This document shows positions 37,371 to 52,254 of a stretch of DNA of 64,000 nucleotides, one piece after another (positions within the stretch are counted from its first letter, which is position 1; each line of letters starts with the position of its first letter). The DNA lies in NCBI GenBank assembly GCA_965112155.1, contig OZ218103.1. The stretch is one strand, 5' to 3'. Both the position numbers and the translations under genes were made by a program. The notes under the pieces are model-generated. The model worked only from the letters and a program-made list of their open reading frames with translations, was not told the origin of the DNA and did no database searches. Origin of the DNA: Podarcis liolepis (Eukaryota).

Positions 37371-38764
37371 TGTTCTCAAATGGCCACATTCTGGGGTAGT
37401 GTATCAATTTGCAGTGAGCTTTTATTTTCAGAAGAAACCCTTTTCAGGGGCAAAAAAATGCAATGAATCTTGATTTCGTGTGGATGACATAGACAAAGAT
37501 ATTAATTGTTAGTCTCCATTGATTCTACGATAAAATGCCACGTGTATGCAATCAATGACATCTTACTACACAATTCCACATTCTCTTCCCATATGTTGTT
37601 TGAAGAGATTATGCAAGTCAGGTGTATATAACAGATGCTTCAAATCAGCACTTGTGGTAAACAGCAAACACAGATGTGCCCTTACAATGTCCCTGTGCCT
37701 AAATCCTCATATACACATGCAATTATATAAATTTATAAGCCAGGTAATTTCAGGTCTGCTGTGCAGATTGGAGCTCTGGGGAACAGTTTTATAGAGCCAC
37801 CTCTGCCCTGCGTCTCTTGGGATATCGAAGTTAAGCTTTGTCGCCTTTCAATATGCAAGTTACATCTTGGCTCCATCCAAGTCAGCGGCAAAGCTCTCAT
37901 TAAGTGTGATGGAAGCAAGACTATTTTTGCAAAGATAGCAAAGGGGTGAGATTTTATTTTTTAAGGATTTTTTTGCCACCTTAGAAAGCCAGAATTATTC
38001 CATTCTTGCTTTGCTATCTTGTGCTCACTGCCTGCTTTTGAACTGTTTGGGTTTGAAGAGACTGTCAGATTGTCACTTGGCTCACTGGCAACAGACCAAG
38101 GCTCAGTTCAGAATAATATATCGCCAGAACTACCAATGAGTGTGTGCATTTTGGCTCAGCTTTGATAAGCCAATGAAGATGAACAAAAGCGTGTTCCGTT
38201 GGAGCGGCTGTATGTCTGAGTGTGAACAGAAAAGGAACAGAACACACAATTTGCCTTGAAACATCATTTTCCATCAATGCCGCAACACTGGCCATCGTGC
38301 AAAATGCAGGGGCAACAGCAGCACAGGGCTGCCTCCGCTCCCTAACCCCAATTTAATCATCATTTTGCTGGCAGAATATGTCAGGCGCAATAGGCAGGCA
38401 GTGACAGGGAGTGATGCCCTGCATAGAAATGAATCAGGCCTTGCTATTCAGCAGCGCTGGCTGGCTGGCTTGCTGGGGGGGGGGGGGAGAGCGCTTCTAC
38501 CTGTAAGGTAATTAGGACTGAGAGGGAAATTCAGAATTGGAAAGAGGCAAAAAAGGACACCTTTGAAAGGGATGCAGCGCAGGCCAATATTTCCTATCTA
38601 ACTTGAGCAGCCGAAGAAACATGTCTTGACGTGAGTTATTTAGGGAGGCAGATGTGAGGTGTTGTTACTTTGAAAAATGGGGCATTTGTGGCCATTTGGA
38701 AGCCTTGAGACTGCCTAGGCATAAAGAAACAGTGCATTGCTAATGAAGAACAGTGATTTGGGGT

Positions 38765-39066
38765 GAAGAAGAAGAAGAAGAAGAAGAAGAAGAAGAAGAA
38801 GAAGAAGAAGAGAAGAAGAGTAGTAGTAGTTTGGATTTGATATCCCGCCTTTCACTCCCCATAAGGAGTCTCAAACCGGCTAACATTCTCCTTTCCCTTC
38901 CTCCCCCACAACAAACACTCTGTGAGGTGAGTGGGGCTGAGAGACTTCAAAGAAGTGTGACTGGCCCAAGGTCACCCAGCAGCTGCATGTGGAGGAGTGG
39001 AGACGCGAACCCGGTTCCCCAGATTACGAGTCCACCGCTCTTAACCACTACACCACACTGGCTCCC
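38765..39066 (-). mobile_element. Squam3-type SINE, inverted relative to the 37073 copy
   Basis: Highly similar reverse complement with a (GAA)n tail; both copies translate to the same pseudo-ORF (ANIL.SLPPPQQTLCEVSGAERLQRSVT). Confidence 0.8.
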
Positions 39067-42000
39067 ACAGTCTGGCTTTAACTCTTTTGTAAAGAAGGGA
39101 GAGCGGGGAACCCCTTCTAAATAGCCACAGTTCTCATAGGTGTGCTCTTGGTTCTGAAGGCATGGTTCATTGGAGCCAATGGAAGTGTCATTCTGGTGTC
39201 TTATAGTAGGGATGTGTGAGAGATTTCCATCAGGACTGCAGATCCTCCAAGCTTTCCTATTTTCCAGGGAAATTGCTGGATTTACAGAAGTCTTCCTGTT
39301 TTTTGGTTTGATCCCAGAATACCCTGCTTTTCCTTAGGGCATCCCTCTTTTCACTGGAGAAATGTTGGAGGGTAAACAGTTATCCGACACCCAAACCATC
39401 TGATGGCAGCCCTGTATAGGGAAGTCTTTAAATGTTTAATATTTTATTATGTTTTTATATATGTTGGAAGCTTCCTAGAGTAGCTAGGGCAACCCAGTCA
39501 GATGGGCAGGGTATTATTATTATTATTATTATTATTATTTATTATTATTGAATAGGCTGTCCCTATTTTCATCGGAGAAATGTTGGAGGGTATGGGATTG
39601 CAGTGAGGGGAAAGGGTTAACATCACCTCCCTGGACACCATGAGCTAGGTATTCAAAGGGGACCCCTGCAACTGCTATTTGAACTTTACAAAACAAAGTA
39701 CATTAATGGCATTCACACCATTAACATAATGTGGGGCTTGACCCTTAGACTTGATGCTCCTAATGTAAAATGCTCTTAATTTAAAAGACCCCCCCATCTT
39801 CTTCCCAGCAGCAAAAAATGCCCACATTGACACCTACTGATTTAGATAGCTGCTGATGCACCTGCTGTATGTCACTCAAACACATTCAGATTGTTTGATA
39901 TTCAGTGCAGGTTTTTGGGGAAATAAAACATAATAACCATCATCTGTAATTGACCGTTGCTCTTGCAGGCTTTGCAAACACACCGAGTCCTCTGCACAGC
40001 TCTCTTTGGTATATAGCTCTTGTATTGTGCTCTGTCTTTGTGAATGTTGATAAGGCAGCATGTTAATTTCAAGCCCCGCTACAAACAGGGGATAGGGACA
40101 CCAGCAGCCATCCGTATTTGCCCAGCTGAAAATGGCCAGGAATTTCAGGTGCTTGAAAGGCGTACCCCACACCTCCAATTAGTTAGATTTAGTATCTGGC
40201 ACATGATGAGCTTCTTCACGGCCAATGGCAATAATGATGATTTCAGAAGCCTGCGCAGGATAGAGAAAGTGGGCCAGGATTTTTGAACCAGCTGGATTGT
40301 TAAAGCAGAAATCATCTATGTAAGCTAAATATAACAGCTAGTACCTCTTTGTAAATAATAAATTGAGCAGTCTCATCCACCTCTTTCTGCTCCACCACAG
40401 CAACCATGCTGGGAATCTCCACTCTGATCAAATGGTAAGTGCAAGCAGTGCTGAATTTCTAAAAAGGAGGAGAGAGGGAGCTGAGGACTCTATGCTGGGC
40501 CAGTCCTACCGTTAGATAGGATAAGGCAGCCTGCTTCAGGTGGCAAATCTGGGATGGAGGAGACGACCCATTATTGAAGGCAGAACCCAGTGTTGCCTTC
40601 CATTCACGCAGAGGGCCTTTACCTTCTTCTCTTCCCCTTATACCCCTTCACAATCCCCCCCCCCCCCCACTCTGGAACATATTTTTAAGGGCATATGGGA
40701 AGCTGGTGGAGAAGCAAAAAACCAGACTATTTGCGGTAAGGAAAGTGATGGGGAAAACACACTTCCCCACAAACAAATTGGAGTGAATGTTCATTAAATA
40801 GCCAGCATCATCTAATCTCCTCACAAACAAAACAGGCTGAATTCTCAATAAACAGGTTGTCTGGAAGTGCCTTGATTCTCAAGTTGCCCGGTCCTAACTG
40901 CAATTCACTTGAATGCTATCTATGTATATGATGAGAGCAATGGGGAGACTGCCTTCATGTTAAACATAATGGCATTTATCATTTGCTTTAGCTTCTTTCT
41001 GGTTTAAAATTAGCCTTTAGCATCTTTGTTTCCAGGGATGCTCTGCAATTCCACTCCAGGTCCTCCAAGGACTTTTGCTTTTCTCTTGCTTTGCATTTTT
41101 ATTGGATGCCATATATGACAAATGTAAATAATCAAGTATATAAAGAGAGAGGGGTGTATAAAGGGAGGCCTTTTCTATGGAACAGCCAGCTCTTTTTAAA
41201 TTTTAATGCAGGCACAACCAGGAAGATAAGAAGGATTTCCAAAATCTGTCTTGTGGCCGGCAGTCTCATCAATAGGCTATGCTCCTAGTGAGGAAATAAG
41301 TCCCATTGACTTCAAAATGAATTCCAAGCGCACACAAACTTAGGATCAGGCTGTAAAAAAATCTCAGCACTAATTTAAAATGCTAACTTTTCTTTTATAC
41401 ACACACACACACACTTTAGTTTGTCTGTGCATGCTGAGTGCTTTTTAGTTTTTAATGCATCCAGAGTCATGAAGATGAAATCACCCCAAACTTTTAATGC
41501 ACGCTCATAAAGTGGGTTTTCAAATCCATGTTAGTTTAGGGTGGTTGCAGCTATTCTGCATTGACTAAAACAGGGTCGTGACTGTATTTCAGGAACAGCA
41601 AGAATGTGGAGCCTTTCCCCTTATTACCAGAGTACTGGAGGGCTTGTGTATTGCTTGTTGGCAGCATAGGCGTAGCCAGGATTTATGTTGGGAGAGGAGG
41701 TGCAGAGCCTCAGTTACAATATAACCTGTTCCTACGGATTACAAAAAAAAATCAGTGGCCAAAGGTGCCACGAACCTCCACCCTTAGTGGCTGGACGAAA
41801 TAATTGACCCCTTCAGCAAGTCATGGCAAGGTTGAGAAGGTTCCAGCTTTTGGTTCCTTGTGAACTGTTTCTGGGGAGAAGGCACTTTTAGATAAACTAG
41901 CCTGGGTTTAAAACATGCTTCCTGCTCCTGAATAATTGACTGAAATAATCAAGACAAAAATATTCTGCTCCGAGTGAGCTTGACTTTCTGCAGCTCCACG

Positions 42001-42517
42001 CCAAATGCTCTTTACTTTGCTGGGAAGGTGCAGAGATGCTGCAGAATTAGATAACGTGTCCTACTTTTAACATCTTTGCCATGGAAGAGAATAATTGCCC
42101 TATTAATAAACACACTGTATGTATCATTAACAGTTCATTATTATGTAATATTTTATATTTGTTTTAAGCCCCCATTGCTTTTTAAACTGTGTGGAGCTTT
42201 TAAGGGTAACTACTGTTTGGTGTTCTTCACTGCAGATACTGACTAATAAGGCACTTGGAGAAAAGGAGAAAGAGACTAGCTGTGTATGTAACTTGGATGC
42301 ATGCTCCCCCTGCAGCATCCTGCTGTATTAAATTTCCTGAAGCTACTATTTTCATTGAGGGAAAGGGGTGGTGGTACTACCACCACCACCCCCTTTTAAA
42401 TTAGGGACTAAGTGAGGTGAGACAGTTTCACAGGTGCTCTGGAGACCAGCAGACTCCTTTGTTTCCCTGAAACGTCATCCTTCCCTGTAGAAGAGATAAG
42501 CAAAGAGGGTTGTAAAA

Positions 42518-43044
42518 TATGGTTACCAGATTTTGTCAATGAATCAGGGGACATTTTTTATTTTTATTTTTGAAGCTGAGTAGCAACAGTGAGCTAGTAG
42601 TGGGCATGGTGAGGCAAAAGAACCTGGGCCCAAGCACACATGCATATTGTATAAAGGTGCAAAGCCCTTCTTTCACACCCTGTGAAACATAAATGCACAG
42701 AGTTTTTAAAAAAACTGGGCAACGGCACGCCACCCACCTGTGACTCCCAAGCCTCCCCCAATCAGTCAAAACAAAAGGGGGAAGGGGGCAGGAGATTGGG
42801 GAAGGCTTGGGAGCCTCCTGGACAATGGCCAGCCACCCGCAACTCCCGAGCCTCCCCTGATCTGTCAAAACAAAGGGGGAAGGAGGCAGGAGATCTGTAC
42901 CACCAGACAGCCAGAAGCCAGCCAGAGCCAACTGCACTACCAGGCTGGCTCTGGGCTGCTGAGGCTGCCACTGCCACATTTCCTGGGGACAGATTTGCAA
43001 ATCCGGGGACTGTCCCTGGGTACCGGGGACGTCTGGTAACCCTG
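42518..43044. mobile_element. Non-autonomous hAT (Blackjack-like) element, copy 1
   Basis: TIR (A)GGGTTACCAGA-like; 8-bp TSD TTGTAAAA at 42510-42517 and 43045-43052. Confidence 0.75.
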
Positions 43045-43517
43045 TTGTAAAAAGAATCAAATGTTGTCTGGATGCCAGTCCACCTGAGATGGACAACAGG
43101 TCTACCCACAGGGGGGGGGGGAAACAGTGGAGGGGTAGACCTGGCATACAAGTTTCTCAGGCCAGGTCTACCCAGGTCTTGCTATCATTCAGGAACCAGA
43201 ATCTAGTAAAGGCATGTGCTTTGTTGAAATTTCAGCCTTCACGACATAGGAAAACGGCCAAGTAAACAGCTATTTTTGTGGAGGAGGGTCAATATATTAA
43301 CTGATATTAACTGATATGCATGAAATTTCATATGTACAGTAGCTATATAATCCCTAGTGTAGTAAGATAAGACCTTTGGAGCAGGCATTAAAAAAAAAAA
43401 TGTTTTTTATGAACCACCCTAGTAGGGCAGTAATTGTTCCTTGATAATTTGTACCCCCCCCCCATGATGGCACCTGGGACGGACTGCCCCCGCCCCCCTT
43501 TCCTACGCCCCTGGACA

Positions 43518-43613
43518 GAGCAACGGGAGCTCACCATGTTGTGTGGATTCGAACCGCCGACCTTCTGATCAGCAAGCCCAAGAGGCTCAGTGGTTTAGAC
43601 CACAGCGCCACCA
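43518..43613 (-). mobile_element. Sauria SINE 5' fragment
   Basis: Reverse complement of the head of the 14091 element. Confidence 0.75.
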
Positions 43614-46600
43614 GCCAATAAGATGTGTAATGACATCAGTCTAAGCATTAAAGTACTGGGGGACCTCCTACTTTGTTGTTTTAAACTGTCTCCAAGGAAA
43701 TGATCCCAGGGCTTTGATGTCACTGAATAGGCAGTTGTGTATTATGACTGTATATGGAAAGAAAATTAGGAAGTTCATCTGAATGTGACTCAGTGGGCTA
43801 TTTTTAGGAATTAATATTAAAAGACATTATAATCCATACTTAAACAGAGAATTTTAATTAGTGTGCATTTGTTCATTTCTGGGGGTGGGGTGGGGGAAAA
43901 GCACCTTAATGATAGTGAACATATTCATGTACATAATAAATGATAATGTAAAATGAAAAGGCAGAGCATATTGTCATTATGCAGAAACATTGGTGGAGAC
44001 TACAATGCAGCACTTCATTAAAAGAATCCTGTGCTATTTTCTAAACCCAGTAGCATAAAAAGTATTTTAAAAAAGAAAAGAAAAATGTCACAAGTTTCAA
44101 AATGTCTTTATATTATAAAAAACGAGGAAAGGTTAAAATGAAAGTTTACTTTCCTTGGTGTTCCCAACCCCCCCCCCCCCAACCCTGCATTGCACAACTT
44201 TCTCCAAGCTTACAGGCAACGCTGTTGGCTTCCTGGGTGCAAGACCAGGACCAAGCCCACAATGATCTATGTCAGTGCCAGGTGATTGGGGGGGAAATGC
44301 ATAGGTTGCTGGTTAAAAAATAGTTGCCAATTAGGAGCTGACTGTTTTAGTGACAGGAGATTGAGTGGAATTGAACTGACTGACTTGGTTTGGTTAGAGA
44401 TCCTGGCTGGGACAGCCAGCCTACCTGAGAGCATTCTGATTCTCACACAACTATCTCAGAGTTTATACACACAACACTTCAGTGCATTTTCACCACTGTT
44501 CTTTGAATCTGTGTACACATGACATTGCACACAATTACCCACAATCCCCTGGTTTCTTCTGAAATATTTTGCATTTTGATGGGCTTTGTCCAAAGTCAGT
44601 TTCACTCTGACTTCACAACTGAGTGATGAATCCTAGGTGTATACCATGGAACTATATCCTGGGAGTGATCCTACATGTCTGAAATCAGTGTTTTATGTTC
44701 ATAAACGAAACAAACGCAGTTTTTTTTTAAAGGGTTTGTTCTGGTCTATACGATGTTCATACATAATTTTTTTCATGCTCTTCAAAAATCAATCTCCACA
44801 TCTTGCAATATGGCTTACCTACTACTGCCACTTTGATGGAAGCTTCATTTATAATCCTATTTATTGCTTCCTATAAAATATCCTGACGTGATTTCACAAT
44901 AAAAAAAACTGCAATAAAAACAATTCTGCAACTTCATCTATAAAAGCAATTATACATATTTTTATTTTAAACCAAACATTTTCTTATGGAAAAACAACTT
45001 CATAAGTTAAAAACAGTTTAAAATTCAAAAAATGACTGACCCATTTGCCCTAGGTTTTCTGGAATGGGTGCTTTTGGGAAATTGCCCTTATGGAAAAACT
45101 AGCCCAGCAATCTGGGCAGGCAGTAGGAGTCTAGGTGGACAACTAGCCTGACTTGGTACAAAATAGGATCCTGTGTCCCTCTGTTATATAGAGATTTTAT
45201 AAACCAGAATGCTTCTTACTGAACTGCTTCAATAGAGCACCTTTTGTTATGTGACCTCCTTTGCAACAGAAGACTTTTTGGATGGATTTAATCACCTTAT
45301 ATAATAGAAATGCAACACAGGTGATCTTTGTAACTGGTAGAACCATAAGCCCTTTACTTTATGAAGATATTTTCATGCTTAGGTAATAGATGATTCTTAT
45401 ATTCCGTTATTGTTTTCCTTCTTTCCCCTCTCGTTATAATGTTGCTAATATCCCAAAAGGATAGCTTTGAAGCTATGTTTTCCCTGCAGCAAAAATGGCA
45501 ACTGGCAGCTGATAACATGCACCCTTTGAACACAGCTATTCACAGGAAGAGATCAGCATTTGTCCTGATTAAAATAACCAGGGTTCTAGGATCTGTCATT
45601 TTTAAAAGATAAAAATAAAAAAGAGATTGCTGGCCACATTATCCACACTCACAACTTCTTTAAAAATTACATTAGGGTGAACAGATATTCTTGCGTTATT
45701 TCTGCAAATGCCCAGTTCATCCCAGTGTAAATATCAGTTATTAGTATCACTTAGGTTTTTTTATTCCGCCTTTTCTTCCAAAAGAACCCACTTCAATCTA
45801 GTATTCTTGTGACCCGCTAACTTTGAGACATTGACTAGGAATAATGAGTACAGAGGAATCTTGATGTTGAGAGGTGAAAAGGCCCTCATCATTTGGTGTG
45901 GACTTCTAGAGCAGGACTTCTGAAGAGAATCTTAAGGTTCAAGTGGGTAAATATGGAAGGAGGAGGCTCTTAGGTAAGTCAAGTCCCAAATAACCAACAT
46001 GCTTAAGTCTAATGCATGAAGGGGTTAATACCATGGAGTAAGCTGTCCTGCTAGGCTTAGCTATGTCCACTTCACTTATGTTGGGATCAAATGGACAATC
46101 AAGCCTATTGAGGAGCTCAGTGTGTGAGGTCAGAGCTGGTTGCTGCAGTTCAGATCACAGGGGTCTTACAAGCCCCTCTCAAGTCTCTATATCAAAAATT
46201 TAGGAGATTTCACCACTGTGACTGAGCCAAGTTTTATTGCATGTGCAACATTTTCTGAATGTTGCATGGAAAAGCAGAGTTTGTAAGTAAACCATTTTTA
46301 ACTTACCGAACTTTTTCTGAGCTAGGGGAAGAGGGAAACTTTAGAACTCAAAAGGGCATATTTCAAAGATCTAACAACCTATATTTACGTGCTTTACTTT
46401 GCTGCATATTTTGTGATTTTTAATCTCTGGGGTTGTCTTGCCAAAGTTCTTGCCCCAAACTTGGATGTTCCTTGCCACTAACAAAAGCCAGTCCAGAGGC
46501 AAGCACATATATAATGGTCAGGACCAACTGTAGTTTCTAGACCATTTTAAAAGGTAGTCCCATGTATTACAAGAATCTATATGTGACTGTGGCCAACCAA

Positions 46601-48172
46601 TCTCCATTCAGGTAAGGTCACAACTGGCATATCTGCTGAAGATAAAAGGCTCTTCAGGTTGTATAAGTCACTTGAGCATCTAATAACAATGTTTGATCCA
46701 GAAGGATCACCAAACTGTGAACCCTGGCGCCTTAGGAGAAAGGCAGCCCCATCTAGAACAGGTTGAATATAATTCACCAGGGTGGGTGAACCACCAGTCA
46801 ACAGTACTGCCATCTTGTCTGGATGTTGTCTGGATGTCAATCTGGAGTCTCAGATTGTCCCCCTTCATCCAGTCCCATTACCCAAGCAGTGCTTTTGGAC
46901 AACCACAGCCTTAGCATTCCTTATATGCGAGCTTATTTTCAAGTGGTGTTTTTTTTAAAAAAACTCTGTGCTTATCCAAAGCTAATATAAAGCAAGCAGA
47001 GCTCTTTTTCTCAAAAAAGAAGTGCCGGGACTTGCCATGAATGCTTCTCTTATAACGGCAATGGTGCCTACCTGAGAGGTGCCAGAACTGAGTTCCAATG
47101 GGTTCCTGAAGGGGTGGGGGGGAGTCCTGAATGTGAAGCAGTTCAATGTAAACAAGTGTAAAGTGATGCATATCAGGGCAAAAAAAAAATATTTCACATA
47201 TACAGTGGTACCTCGGGTTAAGTACTTAATTCATTCCAGAGGTCCATTCTTAACCTGAAACTGTTCTTAACCTGAAGCACCACTACACCACACAACATTA
47301 ATGCTAATAGAATAATAAAAAACTTAAAATAATTTACAAATTAAATAATAGAGATCTATTGGTTGTAGTGACACCTAGTGATATGAGGAGGAAGTCCCTT
47401 TCTAGACTGCCTCTTTCTTTCTTTTTCTTTTTTGTTAAACATGATGAGATTTGTTCTCAGTCATTACGAAGAGCAAATGCCAGTGAACTGCAAGCAAGAC
47501 AACAAAAGGGTCTTTGTTGGAGAAGAAGCCCGAGGCTTCAACTGAATCTGAAGAGCTAATCTTGGACAACTCCTGAAAGATGAATAAAACGCCCCCCTAG
47601 AGGCATCTAAGAAGATACGTCCATTCCTCGTTCAAATGGTTCCCCATGTTATCATGGTCACAAAAGCTTACCCACTGGAAGAGAGTAACTCCACATAATA
47701 AGGTGCCTGGGATATGATGCCAAGGGAGCCATGACCAGCCTTCTATGCTCAGTGGCAAAATGATGACTTCAGAAGGTCCATCAGCAATTCATGCGGCAAC
47801 CACTTTATTCAGATTAACAGGCTGCCAACACAACATACATTTATACTGTTAGTTATGGATTCCCCCAAAGAATCTTGGGAACTGTTTACCCCTCACAGAG
47901 CTACAATTCCCAGCACCCTTAAATTACAGTTCCCAGAATTCTTACCAGGGTTTGTGTGTGTGTGCTTTAAATGCATGGCTTGTGCGCAGCCTTTGTACGG
48001 TTTATATGTAAACATGGAAGTGTGTGCATGTATATATGAGTGTGCAGAGAGAGAGAGATGGAGAGTTAAGGGCTTCTCCTTCTCCCAGGGGATAAACCAT
48101 GTTATTTGAGACTGTATGCTCTTCATGGCAGGGACCTGTCATATTGCATTCTGCAAAGCACACTGATGGTGG

Positions 48173-48203
<31 letters not shown>

Positions 48204-48536
48204 TAATTAATTAATACCCCGCCCATCTGGCTGGGTTTCCCCAGCCACACTGGGCAGCTCCCAACAGAATTTTAAAAACACAATAACACATCAAACATTT
48301 ACAACTTCCCTAAACATATTACTACTATTACTGTTATTACAACTATTATTTCCAGAGGAGTGGTCACATTATACTGTGTAATATTGTTGGAGACAGGTTT
48401 TAATAACTGCCAGATTTTATATTTTCAAAATATGCGGGGACAGATATTGTTAATTCTTTGTCCCAGCAACCCCAAGTGCAACCTAAAACCTGTTTTGCAT
48501 CCAGTAGAAAGAAATCTAATCAAGGCTGCCTAACTG

Positions 48537-49035
48537 TAGGATTACCAGATTTTTTTCAATGAATCCGGGGACACTTCTTTTTTTTTGAAGCTGAGTAGCA
48601 AAAGACCCTAGGCCCAAGCATACATGCATATTCTATAAATGTGCAAAGCCCTTCTTTCACACCCTGTGAAACATAAATGCACAGAGTTTTTAAAAAACTG
48701 GGCAACGGCTGCCTGCCCACGACTCCTTAGCCTCCCCCGATCAGTCAAAACAAAAGGGGAAGGGGGCAGGAGATTGCACAAAACACATCATATGCGCACA
48801 AGACCCATCATATGGGGACTTCTGGTGAGGAAAAATGGCGGGCGCCATGGCAGCGAGCAGCTCCTGAAGCCAGCCAGAGCCAACTGCGCTACCATGCTGG
48901 CTCTGGGCTGCTTCCGCCACATTTCCCAGGGACAGATCTGCAAATCTGGGAACATTCCAGGCATGGAATTTGTCTGGGGACAGATTTGCAAATCCGGGGA
49001 CTGTCCCCGGGAACTGGGGATGTCTGGTAACCCTA
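48537..49035. mobile_element. Non-autonomous hAT (Blackjack-like) element, copy 2
   Basis: Same termini (TAGGATTACCAGAT...TCTGGTAACCCTA) and internal sequence as 42518-43044. Confidence 0.75.
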
Positions 49036-49320
49036 GGGCCTAACACCGCCTACATGTCATCTTGGCTGTTAGAAATGGCAGATTTTGGGGTTCCTAGATC
49101 ATGTCCAGCTTTTTCCTTCTGTCCCTCCTTCCCCCCACCCCAGCTCCCACAGCCCTCATTTAGTTTAGCATCCAAACTGAAGAGGAACTGCTTGCGCATT
49201 ATTTTGCAATGTACTTGTTGGTTCTAATAAAAGTATTGCCTGGTTTTTGGATTCCTGCCTTTCAGACTCTAAAATGGTTTGTTACAAGACAATAACAACG
49301 CCCACATTCTGCTGCCATGA

Positions 49321-49322
<2 letters not shown>

Positions 49323-49362
<40 letters not shown>
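49323..49362. repeat. (GT)n microsatellite
   Basis: Seen directly. Confidence 0.95.
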
Positions 49363-49364
<2 letters not shown>

Positions 49365-52015
49365 CATATATCCCAAGGGATGTTGACTATTTTTTGCATT
49401 TAGCCCTTTTCAGGGAGAAAAATGTCCCCCACTTTACTTGTTCTAAAAAACCACACAGCAAATCCAAGCTGAAGCACAACTTCATTACTTTTGAAAACAT
49501 GCCACCATTATCTATCTTTGTATCTTTCTATCTGTACTCTCTGCCCAGGGGCACCAGAGGCAACATTTGTATGTTGAAGCTGCCAATATAACTCATAAAA
49601 GTAAAACTCAGCAAACAGAATCAATGTATATTTATTTAATTAAAAGTCCGCATTAAAGGAATGTACTATCATGTTATTTCTCATCTCTAATTTGGTTTTT
49701 AAAAAGTTGAATTTAGATAAGCATATATTTAGCTTGCATATATTTTTGCTGACGCATGTAGCATGAACATCATGTGATGAAGGGCACTATATAAATTTAA
49801 TACATAATCACAATCACAATAATTTCTTTGTGGACTGCAGATTTTCAAAGGTAGAATAATAGTTAACTAACACATTCAGTGTGCAGCACAATATTATTCA
49901 TATCTATTGAGAAGTATGCCCTGCTGGGTTAAGTAGCTTTACTCTCAGGTAAGCAAGTTTAGGATTGCAGCCAAAATCAGCAAAGCTGGAAATTAAACTT
50001 CTTGGGTTATATGTGAGACACACCAACATGCCAGATTTTCATTTCTTGTTTGCGCAGCAAAACAAAACACAAATACACATCACAAATTACCCTTCAAAGC
50101 TACAATTGATTAGCTGGCTACAAAATTTCAAAATTGCTCCCCACCTCTCTCACTCTCTCGATCTTTTCCAAAAACTCTTCTGCACAGAATTGCATTCAAT
50201 TATTTAGTACAAATATTTGCTCTGGGGCTGTTTTGTGTGGGTGGTGGTTGGAGGGTGGGCGGGGAGAGAGAAGGCAGAATTACTTGCATTATTCACAGTT
50301 TGTCCTTGTTTTTTCATAGCCTAGTGCTTGGGCTCTGCCTAGTAGCATTAGGGCATGTAGTGAATGGGGCATGAAGAACATTGCACTGTATAATAAATGA
50401 ATGGAAAAGGTGGAGTTAGAGATCTGGACAACGCTGATTGGGGGGGGGGTGAGATTCAGGCTCTGGGCCAAACCTGGTCCCCAGGCCTCTCCATTTGTCC
50501 CTTGGGAATCTCCCGAGGCCACACTGCCTCCCACAGCTCCGAGGCTCCTTGAATGCTCCTAGAAGGAAGATTGGGTGATATGTCTGTGTGCAGAAACCAC
50601 TGATTTTGACATGGCTGGAATGTCACCTTAAGAGTCCTATCCATTGCCCTATTGCGTCTGACAGCACCCACATCTGGTTGGTGGCCCCTAGAAGTTTGCT
50701 CACAGGTGGATGTGGCCCTCGGGCTGCAAACGTTCCCCCATTCTTGGGCCTCAATCCTCCAACCATCTTTTCCTAGCATTGCAAGGTTGTACATCTGGAG
50801 CCTGAATAGTTCCAGAAATACTTCGCCAACTCTCCAAATCAGGGCACAGCTCCTTCCTCTGACTATCCTGGAAACTTTTGTTAGGCCATTTGCAAGAGGG
50901 CATTGGCTTGTTCAAGAAACAAACAAAAAAAAGTGACTGGAGACTTTTAACATGGTTTGGATTAGGCAGTGGTGATGCTGTCTGAGAAATCTGCCCTACA
51001 TCTTAGTACAACCATCGCTGCACGTGTTGGGAGCAAGTAGCAGGGTTTGTCAGATACTTGGTCATGGGCCAGGATTTGTGGTTTGGGGGGGTTGGCTTTA
51101 TGTTAGGGGGTGCAGAACACAATTATCTGTGATGCAATCAGTCAATTAAGTATTTTTATTTATTTACTTGGGGCGGGGGCAGCTGGAACCTGGCCTGGCC
51201 TTGCCACTGCACCTCTGGCCCCCTCATTGAATGGCTGCCTGGCTGGGCTCCCCCCTGCACAGGCAGGCAGGGTGGAGTGGGGTGGCCCTATGGACCTCCC
51301 ATGCCCTGCACCCGAGATGGTGAGGGTTGGGTTGGCATAGCAGGTTTAGTGTGCTCTCCGTGCCCAGCTCCTGGGCCCCCCTGGTGCATGTGTGTACACC
51401 CTGGGTGCCAGCAAAGGATGCAATGCTGCTGGATGGGACCACACCCCTTCTACTTTGGGGGAGGCACCGGCTGCTACAGAAAGTTGGCTGTCCTCTATGG
51501 TTTTTATCTCCATCACAACCACGTAGATTTCTATAGTCCTCGCATATGAGAGTGTTTGCACGCTTGTCCACTCAGCCCATATGAATGCCTGCATTGGCTT
51601 ATTTGAGTTGTTCATATTTTGTATATTGTTACTGTATATGGAGTTACCCATAAATGTTTATCATGTGACATATATGTGCCTGTATGAGCTTGTCATGGTC
51701 CTATGTGTCACATGCATGGTTCCTTGGAGTAGAGCAGTGGTGCAGCAGAATGTGACATGTTTCATTTATGGGAAGGGCCATCTCAGTGGTAGAGCATCTG
51801 CTTTTGAGGCCCCAGATTCAACCCTCGCATTTCCAGGCAGGGCTGGGGAAGACCCTTGTCTGAAACCCCAGAGAACCTTCTCCCAGCCACCATAGACATT
51901 ACTGAGCTGGATGGGCCAATAGTCTTACTCAGTACAAGGCAGCTTCCTATATTTGTGCCAGAAGCCAGAGTCCCTGTGGGAAAGCCCCCCCCCCCCATTT
52001 GCTCAGTCAGTAGAG

Positions 52016-52254
52016 CATGGGTAGGGACACTAAGGCCCGAGGGCCGGATCTGGCCCAATCGCCTTCTAAATCTGGCCCGCGGACTCATGTTTTTACATGA
52101 GTAAAATGTGTCCTTTTATTTAAAATTCATCTCTGGGTTATTTGTGGGGCATAGGAATTCGTTCATTGTGTTTTTTTCAAAATATAGTCCGGCCCCCCAC
52201 AAGGTCTGAGGGACAGTGGACCGGCCCCCTGCTGAAAAAGTTTGCTGACTCCTG
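52016..52254. mobile_element. hAT-Charlie-like MITE nested in a tRNA-derived SINE (host ~52001-52377)
   Basis: 8-bp TSD CAGTAGAG/CAGCAGAG; the host GCTCAGTCAGTAGAGCAT...GGTTCGAGCC resumes after the insert and ends in a CR1-like tail. Confidence 0.7.

Noticed and set aside
37201-38830. ORFs with poly-Arg, poly-Phe or poly-Glu runs (37201..37407, 37245..37466, 38753..39124)
   Set aside because: They are translations of the (TTC)n/(GAA)n SINE tails, not proteins.
47588-47606. CTCF-like CGCCCCCCTAGAGGCA
   Set aside because: An extra C shifts the conserved GGC register; weak match.
42536-49046. Similar ORFs at 42.5-43.1 kb and 48.6-49.0 kb suggesting duplicated genes
   Set aside because: Two copies of the same non-autonomous hAT element; no transposase motifs.
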